From the human T2T-CHM13v2.0 reference genome, Homo sapiens: a stretch of DNA of 64,000 nucleotides. Location of the stretch: the NCBI RefSeq assembly GCF_009914755.1, contig NC_060930.1. One strand, given 5' to 3'. Of the stretch, positions 56,364 to 64,000 are shown one piece after another. The notes below the pieces were generated by a model. The model searched no databases and was not told the DNA's origin. It worked only from the letters and a program-made list of their open reading frames with translations. The position numbers were made by a program, and so were the translations under genes. Every line of letters begins with the position of its first letter. The stretch's first letter is position 1.

Positions 56364-56647
56364 TTAGGTTGGTGCAAAAGTAATTGCGGTTTTTGCCACT
56401 AAAGTATGGCAAAATTACTCACCAGGAGTGGCTGCTGATTCTTTATGTCTGCACTTTCTTTTTTTATTTTTGCAAAAGTAATTGCGGTTTTTGCCATACT
56501 TTAATGGCATAATTGCGGTTTTTGCCATACTTTAATGGCATATTTGAATGCCATACTTTAATGGCAAAAACCGCAATTCCTTTTGCAAAAATAAAAAAAA
56601 AAAGTGCAGACACAAAGAATCAGCAGCCACTCCTGGTGAGCAATTTT
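56364..56647. mobile_element. Rearranged MADE1 (Hsmar1-derived mariner MITE; miR-548 family source) inside an 87-bp-arm palindrome
   Basis: ttaggttggtgcaaaagtaattgcggtttttgcca is the MADE1 TIR; arms 56411-56497 and 56561-56647; 31-bp tandem duplication 56479-56540. Confidence 0.92.
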
Positions 56648-57099
56648 TCATGGAGAACAATAAAGTGGAATCTGTCCGAAACACATAATAAATGTCCATA
56701 AAATTCAAAGGCATAGTACAAAATGATACACTTATAAAACATGTCAGCAAGATCAAGAAGGCACATATGTCAGAAGAGCTGTGGACTTCTAGCCTCAGAT
56801 GACCAATACACTATTTTGTGCTTGTGATTTCCTCTTACCCTCATGTAAAATTTAAGCCTTTTGTCAAATCTAAACAAGCGTTTATTGAGAGTCTACTGTG
56901 TATAAGGTATATGGAAATGAAGATGTGAGCATTAGGAAAACCTGCCATGTCTTTCAGCTTCCATTATATCTCATCAATGACCTCAAGTCACTTGAGCACA
57001 CATTTTGTTTCCCTTTTTAAAGCTTTCTAATGTTTTAGTGAAGAAACAATAAAAATCCACATAAGCTTGTCAAGACACTTCTCCTATAAAATGCAATAG

Positions 57100-57345
57100 T
57101 GTTGATATTTATCTCTCTACCTGTGTATCTATGTATCTGCCTATATATTAGATATATTCAATATATTATACATTAAATATTACATATATGTTTTACGTGT
57201 ATAGATACAAAATAGATTTAATATTTGCATATTAAATGTTTTAATATATTTCATGTGTATAGACACAAATATATATGTTATGTGTATATGTGTATATTCA
57301 CACATATACATACATACATATTCATACATATGTATGTATAATTAA
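57100..57345. repeat. AT-rich (TA/CATA)n low-complexity tract
   Basis: seen directly. Confidence 0.75.
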
Positions 57346-57639
57346 AACTTACTAAAGATGATAATGGCCCCACAAAAGTCATTGCTTAGTAGAGACCTAA
57401 TCAAATACTCTTACAAGCCAAGAGGTTTAACCTTATTGTACTTAAAGAGGGAGAAATACACATATACAAGTAATTCTTCAGTATCTTTTTTTATCCCACT
57501 ATGTGCTCTGCCTCACACAACTCTCCCTTTTCTTTCTCCTGTTCTTCCTCTCCCACGTCTCCTTCCTTTCCTTCTTTTTGCCTTTATTAGGGAGTCTTTG
57601 TCCCCTAGCCAGAAGCAAGCCTCCAGGCAATACCCCATG

Positions 57640-58070
57640 TTCTAATAAAGCAGCCCTTTTGTCAATGGTGATAATGATTACCTCTTTTGCAGCTGCCCCT
57701 GGTGTTGTATTTTGTAACACAATTTGGCCTCTTTGGCTCTGGTTAGTCCTATTTAAGGTACTGCAGGGGTTCCCTGTTTGATCTCTAATTGATATAATTG
57801 ACTGGGAATAATCGGGAAGGCTTTATAGATGTTTATTGATAGCTAATTTTCCTTCATCCATTGTTTAATTCAATAAGAGCATAACCTAATTTATTGTCAC
57901 TCCAGTAGAGATCCATTATCCTTTTGATAAATGCTTCTGGGGCCAACTTGTCAGTAACTGATTTCAAAGAGCTGTTAAGCCCACAGAGTCCATCATTAGT
58001 TAATGGCAGTTTAGAAAGCTAATGATGTTATAAATTACAATCAATAAGAACATGGAAATTACAGTTGTTG
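57640..58070. promoter_or_regulatory. Candidate conserved non-coding element / enhancer
   Basis: repeat-free, dense TAAT/ATTA and SOX-like ATTGT/ACAAT motifs; conservation inferred from composition, not measured. Confidence 0.4.
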
Positions 58071-59899
58071 AGCAAGATAATACTATATTATTAAACTAAC
58101 ACTAAATCCTACCTTTGCTTACTATACTTTTGGAGGATTTCTAAATCCATTTAATAATATCCATGATTAACCAATAAACCCATGGATCAGGAGGCAAATT
58201 GTGGGAATGGAGATACTCATACTTAAAAGAACATTTCAGAAGGATAGAGGAATTACATTACATTCTTTGATAATAAAAGGAATCTGGGGAACCAACACAC
58301 CACCACAAACATGAGATCTCCATCATCTCATGTCTTGAATCTGATCCTATTGAAGGAACCTATCCTCAGATATACCACAACTTAGGGGCATCATACTTTG
58401 TAAGTCTTTACTTCCCAAGAATATATAAAACCTAGATGCATAGCTTCTCTTTGGCTGCCAGTTTCTGCCCTTTCTTCTTATAACTTATAATTATAATAGA
58501 TAGATAGATGCATATAAAATTTCTTATACTTAGTGTTGGGCTAAGAAAGCAAAAAAGGAAAAAATTAGGACAGGGTTCTTGGTTCCCAAAGATAAGATCA
58601 ATATCTGATATAGGGGACTATATAAACAACTTAACAAACATTATTGCTCATGATGGGAAACATATTCCTTGTTTTACCCACTCTCCCTAGAAATGTAAGC
58701 TCTGTGAGGGCACCTATTTTTGTCTGGCTTTTCACTTAGAGTACCTAACACATAATAGATGCTCAGTAAATAGTTTTTGACCATCTTTGTTAAATGATTT
58801 ATCCTGGAATTATACGTATTTAAAGCAACTTCTACACAATCTCTGATTTTACAGGACTATACAATTCAATTTTTCATCTATTTATTCAATATTTATCAAA
58901 CAATTGCTATACAGTCAATGAGAATATAATGGTGAGAAATCCTAAAAGAGTGCCTGCTCTAATGAAGTCTAATTGGAAAGACAAATATCAAGGAAATAAG
59001 TAAATAAAATATAATGACAAACTGTATGGTAAGAACTGTGAAAGAAAAGTACAAGGTTCTATGAGTATACAATATGATGTGAGTCACAAGGATGACCCCA
59101 GGGATTAAACGAATCTGAATATATCATAAACCCTGAAAAGCAAGACTATTTTTTGTCTTTTAACACAGTGTTTAACTTAAGGTTTTAAACATAGTAGCTT
59201 ATTAATAGATTTTTATTAAATAGAGTTATTTTAAAACTGATCATCCATATATTTTTATTCATTAACAAAATTCTAAATTCATTAGAATATTCTATTACCT
59301 GTCTAGTAATTATAGATAAACAGTACTTACTCTCACTTTTTTCCAAAAAAAAAAAAAAGATGCACCCTTCTCTTCATTTTGTGACTTTGCATGGTGTAAA
59401 ATTAAGTTCAAATCAAGGCATATGGAAATTAGTTATTTCCTGTTCATGTTAGTTTATTTCCTTAACATGCCAGTTTCATTAATGCTATGCAGAAGAGGCA
59501 ACTCTATTCAATGATCATGTGTGAAGTGTGTGTAATGTGTAACGCCTACCATTTCTATGCCTTTAATTTTCACTGAACCACGGCATCAAAGAAACTTTTA
59601 AACATGTTTTTGCTGTACAAAGCATGAACATACTACTGTGCATATTTCGCATTTCCCTTAGGACTTAAAATTGGGCCACATTTCACAGAACCTCCATTTG
59701 GGGGCAGAAGGAGGAGTACTGAGAGGAGCAGGGGGTTTCCCCTAAAAGATTTGTCTCTCCTTTGTCTCAAGTTCTCTTCTCATCATCTCCACTCCCTCAT
59801 TGGTAGCATTGAAATCATGTTCATAGAAACCATTGGTAATCTTGCCAAAATGGATCATGATGTTGAGCTGAGGATAAACAGTAGAATGGATAAGATCTT

Positions 59900-60970
59900 T
59901 AAAAAATAAATGTGCAGGCATGGACCATTAACAATAAGCAAAGGAAGCACCCTGCAAGTCCCACAGACGGAGCAAATCTGAGGAGACTATGCATCTGTCT
60001 TCTGTGAGCCATTGGCTGCTCTTCCACTGTGCACTCTTTGCTACTTTGAAAACACAGCAGACAGGCTAGCCCGTAGAAGGAGCTACTTGCAGATTGATTT
60101 CCTTGCTTCGATAGCTACTTGACATTGCAAAGTTTGGCTCCACTCTGTTTTCAAATTGAAAATTTATACAGAAATGAGAAAAACCACCACACCCAGCAAT
60201 GAATTAATAATAGCTGCCAACTAGCTGCAAGAACCATTATATTTATAATGCTTCCCGATGCTGTTCGCATTGCCTGCGAAAGGGAATTTGTCCTTAAGCT
60301 GCTTATTTTCAAACTACATGTGAAGACAACAAATTGTTTGGCATGTTTATCCAATAAGGCATAGCAAGGAAACTAAAGAATCAGATGGGAGGGAGTGAAA
60401 AGAAACAGAAATTTAACAGCTAGACAGCCCGAAATAAAGCAGGCAAGATTAGGAGACACATGTACAATTCTCCACGGTCCCTAAAGTCTCTAGCGAAAAG
60501 GTAGAAATGAACTAATTTATTAGTAAAATCACATCAGGGGCAGTAATTTCATGTTAGTGAATTTACATGTAATAACATTAGGCTCCCAACCTCCATTTCA
60601 CCAGTGTGGCCCTCTCCGATGATGAATGAGGCGCCTAAAGAAAGATGATAGTTTGATTGTTTTCACTGCAAACAGATCAGCATTTTAATTTCTTGCCTCT
60701 GTGTTTATTGCTTATTTGGCCCCTTGCTCGGCTTGTAAAAACTTGGCTAAATGGAAATGAATAAATGTAATTACTGCGGGTGACAGTGGTAATCTGTGTG
60801 GGTTTTTCATATTGGCTTTGCCAGCGTTAATCTAATCACTGGAGAATACGTGTCACCGCACCAATGCACTGACAGAAAGCAGAGTTTTCAGTCAGTGCCA
60901 AATATACACAGGCTGGGAAGCACAGACACAGACGGCGACTTCTGCACCAACAGCTTGTCTCTCCTCTGCT
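59900..60970. promoter_or_regulatory. Candidate conserved non-coding element / developmental enhancer
   Basis: about 1 kb free of recognisable repeats, with retained CpGs in AT-rich DNA and many homeodomain (TAAT, TAATC), TGACAG and forkhead (TGTTTAT) motifs. Confidence 0.5.
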
Positions 60971-61095
60971 ACAGGAGCAGAAGCCACCAGAGTATCCCAG
61001 AAGGTGAATGTGTGTGTATGAAATGGTTCATAGTTTGGGGGAACCCAAAAAAGGCTCACAGATGACCCTGAATCCAACAGAAATGGCAACGAATG

Positions 61096-61423
<328 letters not shown>

Positions 61424-61739
61424 CTAATGTTTTCCCCAGTGCAGGAATGAGGTGTCCCAGGGCATAGGAAAGTGGAGACTGAAATTTTCCATTTCTCCCC
61501 AGTAGTAAATGGCTGGGAGGGCTGGTTAATGAGTGACGTCACCTTTCAGGGTTTGGTTTGCCATCTATAAGACAGGCATGGGACAAATCAGATTGTTTGA
61601 TGTTTGCATTGCAGAAGTAGCAGCAGGGGGTGAACCAGGCAATCAGTGCAGGGTAGGAAGGATGAAATGAGATAATGTATGTTAAAGTGTCTTGCAAACT
61701 ACAAAGCAAAGCTAAATGGAGCAGAAGAGAGTCCTCCAA

Positions 61740-62960
61740 AATAGAGTTTATTATATTTAAGATTTATTTTAACAAAGCAGCAGGGAAGCAAAGGATTATT
61801 CAATAAATGGCAATTGAATGACTGGTTAGCATTTTGGAAAGAAAAATAAATCAAGACCTGTAACTTAGAATATTGATCAAAAGGAATTCCAGATGGATAA
61901 AATCATTAAATATGAAAATAAAATGTTAGGAAAACCAGATGAGGAATTTAATATGCACTAGATTTGGGGGATTTGAGAGAGGGCTCCCTACACTGAAAAA
62001 CAGTTAAAAAAAAAAGAAAAGAAGTTATGAAAAAAGAATAAACAAGTTTGATGACATTAAGTTAGAAGCTTCTGCAGTCAAAATAAGGTAGCCCAAATGG
62101 GAAAGCAAATAGTATTTTCAGCAAATAAGGAAAGGGCCAATAACTATATTAAATAAAATGCTCACAAATACTTATTTTTTAAAATGACCCCATTAATAAC
62201 TGATAGAAATAAAACAGATGAATAAGTGTCCAAAGAGAAATACTACTAGTAAATTCGTGAAAAATGTTCAAACTTGGTAAGAATCAAAGAAAAGCAAATT
62301 TGAACAAATTAGCAAAAACAGATAATTCCTGATATTTTCAAAGCTATGGACAGACTAGACATTTCTAAACTTCCTATTGCAATTGAAGGTCAGTGTCAAC
62401 TTTTTGGAAACCAATAGACATAAAAATTGTCTCGTTTTGACTTAGTAATTCTACTTCTGGAAATATAATTTAAAGAATATTTTAAAAGAATGAAAGGATT
62501 GTATCTCTAAAAGTATATGTAGTAGTGAAATATTAGAAATAAACTGCAAGGCCGAGCGTGGTGGCTCACACCTGTAATCCCAGCACTTTAGGAGGCTGAG
62601 CTGGGTGGATCACCTGAGGTCAGGAGTTCGAGACCAGCCTGGCCAACATGGTGAAACTCCACCTCTACTACAAATACAGAAATTAGCCAGGCATGGTAGC
62701 ACATGCCTGTAATCCCAGCTACTCGGGAGGCTGAGGCAGGAGAATCGCTTGAACCGGGAGGCAGAGGTTGCAGTGAGCTGAGATCTTGCCACTGCACTCC
62801 AGTCTGCAGTCTGGGTGACAGAGTGAGACTTTGTCTCACAAAAAAAAAAAAAAAAAAAGAATGAAAAAAAAGAAAACTGCAGGTATCGCTCAACATTTAA
62901 GTAATTAAGCAAATACTCTTCCTGCATAAATAAGATTTGTAAATAAAAATTATAAAGACT
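61740..62960 (+). mobile_element. Ancient L1ME-type ORF2/3' fragment interrupted by an Alu
   Basis: ggattattcaataaatgg...ggttagcattttggaaagaaaaataaa...aattccagatggataaaa; tttgacttagtaattctacttctggaaat. Confidence 0.65.
62550..62870 (+). mobile_element. AluSx/Sz-type SINE
   Basis: full dimeric Alu; cacctgaggtcaggagttcgagaccagcctggccaacatggtgaaa; A-tail; near-TSD aaataaactgcaag / aaagaaaactgcag. Confidence 0.95.
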
Positions 62961-63360
62961 AACAATGTGGAAAGTATTTGGTGGGCTACTAAGCAAGAAA
63001 AAATTGTGCTTTCCTAGAAGGCTTCATTGGGTTTTTAAATCTCATGTGCCAGTATTGGGTCATATGTTTATCTCTAATGCCATCATAAGAAGAACAATGG
63101 GATAACTATGATTGACTTTGAACAATCATTTTGGGGAAAAAATAATGGGTGATACTGAAAAGCATAAAGGAATGAGGACCATCAAATGATGTTCTTAGCG
63201 ACAGAATAAGCACTAGACATGTGAGAGTAGGGAGAGATGGATGTCGTATATAAGAAAATAAATAGAAATTATGTGTATTTAGAAAATTGGGGAATTAGAG
63301 GGATGACTGGCTACTTAAGTAAGATATAAAAAATCTTTCTCTCCAATCCCTAAGGAACAG

Positions 63361-63430
63361 AAAGGGAAGGAGGAAGGAAAGAAGAAAGAAAGGAAGGAAG
63401 GAAGGAAAGGGGAAGGAAGGAAAAAAAAAC
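63361..63430. repeat. (GGAA)n purine-rich repeat
   Basis: seen directly. Confidence 0.85.
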
Positions 63431-64000
63431 ATGAGATGAAGAAAGAAGGAGTGAGAACAAAGAAAGATAAAACATTACTTCCATAGATTATCAATCTTAG
63501 AAAAGGGGGTATCTAACCCCCCTCTATATAAAACAAAGACTTTTATCATCATGTTTTCAACTTACAGATAGTATCAGGAATATAAGGCCTCAGACAATCT
63601 GCTAGGAAGGTAGCTGAAAAGCTTACAACTTTCTTGTGAAGCTTAAAAAGCAAGCAAGAAAAAACAAACAACAACAATAAAAAGAGTGAGGCACTCTCCA
63701 AAGAAGGCAATACAAGATCCAGTCTGATCCAAAGTACAGTAGGTAGACCTCTACTCTTTTAAGGTGCAGTGTGCAAACTAAGCCATGATAAGAGACAAAA
63801 AACTGGGAAGGTGTAGCAGTCAACCAGAAGTCTCAACAAAGAGCACCTTTCCTCAAGAGAGTTGAACTTAAAAGGAAAAAAAAAAAAAAAGCTCAGGGAA
63901 GATCAGTTCAAAGCAGCCAACCTCTCTAACGATGGAACATCAGAGACGTGGGTAGACGTTGTTTGGAAAATGCCTCTTGTTGGCAGTTCATTTGCAAGGG

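Noticed and set aside
56479-56566. Short direct repeats resembling a CRISPR array
   Set aside because: MADE1-derived tandem copies without unique spacers, in primate DNA with no cas genes.
58309-58334. 9-bp hairpin acatgagat/atctcatgt
   Set aside because: Stem too short to exceed chance in AT-rich DNA.

Overview
This 64-kb window is AT-rich primate (human-like) non-coding DNA, either intergenic or deep intronic. I find no credible protein-coding gene, rRNA, tRNA, CRISPR array or CpG-island promoter. The only protein homologies are a dead processed RPS15A pseudogene (44,456-44,906, minus strand) and decayed L1 ORF2. Much of the window is interspersed repeat: five Alus with target-site duplications (TSDs), a 2.6-kb L1PB-type 3' fragment, older L1/L2/L3/MIR remnants, three solo LTRs with TSDs (MLT1A-type, MLT1E/F-type, LTR8-type), and MER58A, MER5A and MADE1 DNA-transposon relics. 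Several repeat-free, TAAT-rich, CpG-retaining blocks look like conserved enhancers, most clearly 57.6-58.1 kb and 59.9-61.0 kb. The most unusual sequence-level signals are local templated rearrangements: (i) a 157-bp, 154/157-identical copy of the neighbouring L1 inside an MLT1 LTR 2 kb upstream; (ii) a MADE1/miR-548-type element expanded into a 237-bp palindrome with 87-bp arms that captured unique flanking DNA; (iii) two more near-perfect hairpins and a micro-inversion inside a MIR within the same 3.3 kb; and (iv) an apparent poly(A)-only retrotransposition scar. I see no evidence for a new protein-based system. Repeat subfamily names come from recalled consensus sequences, not from a database search.
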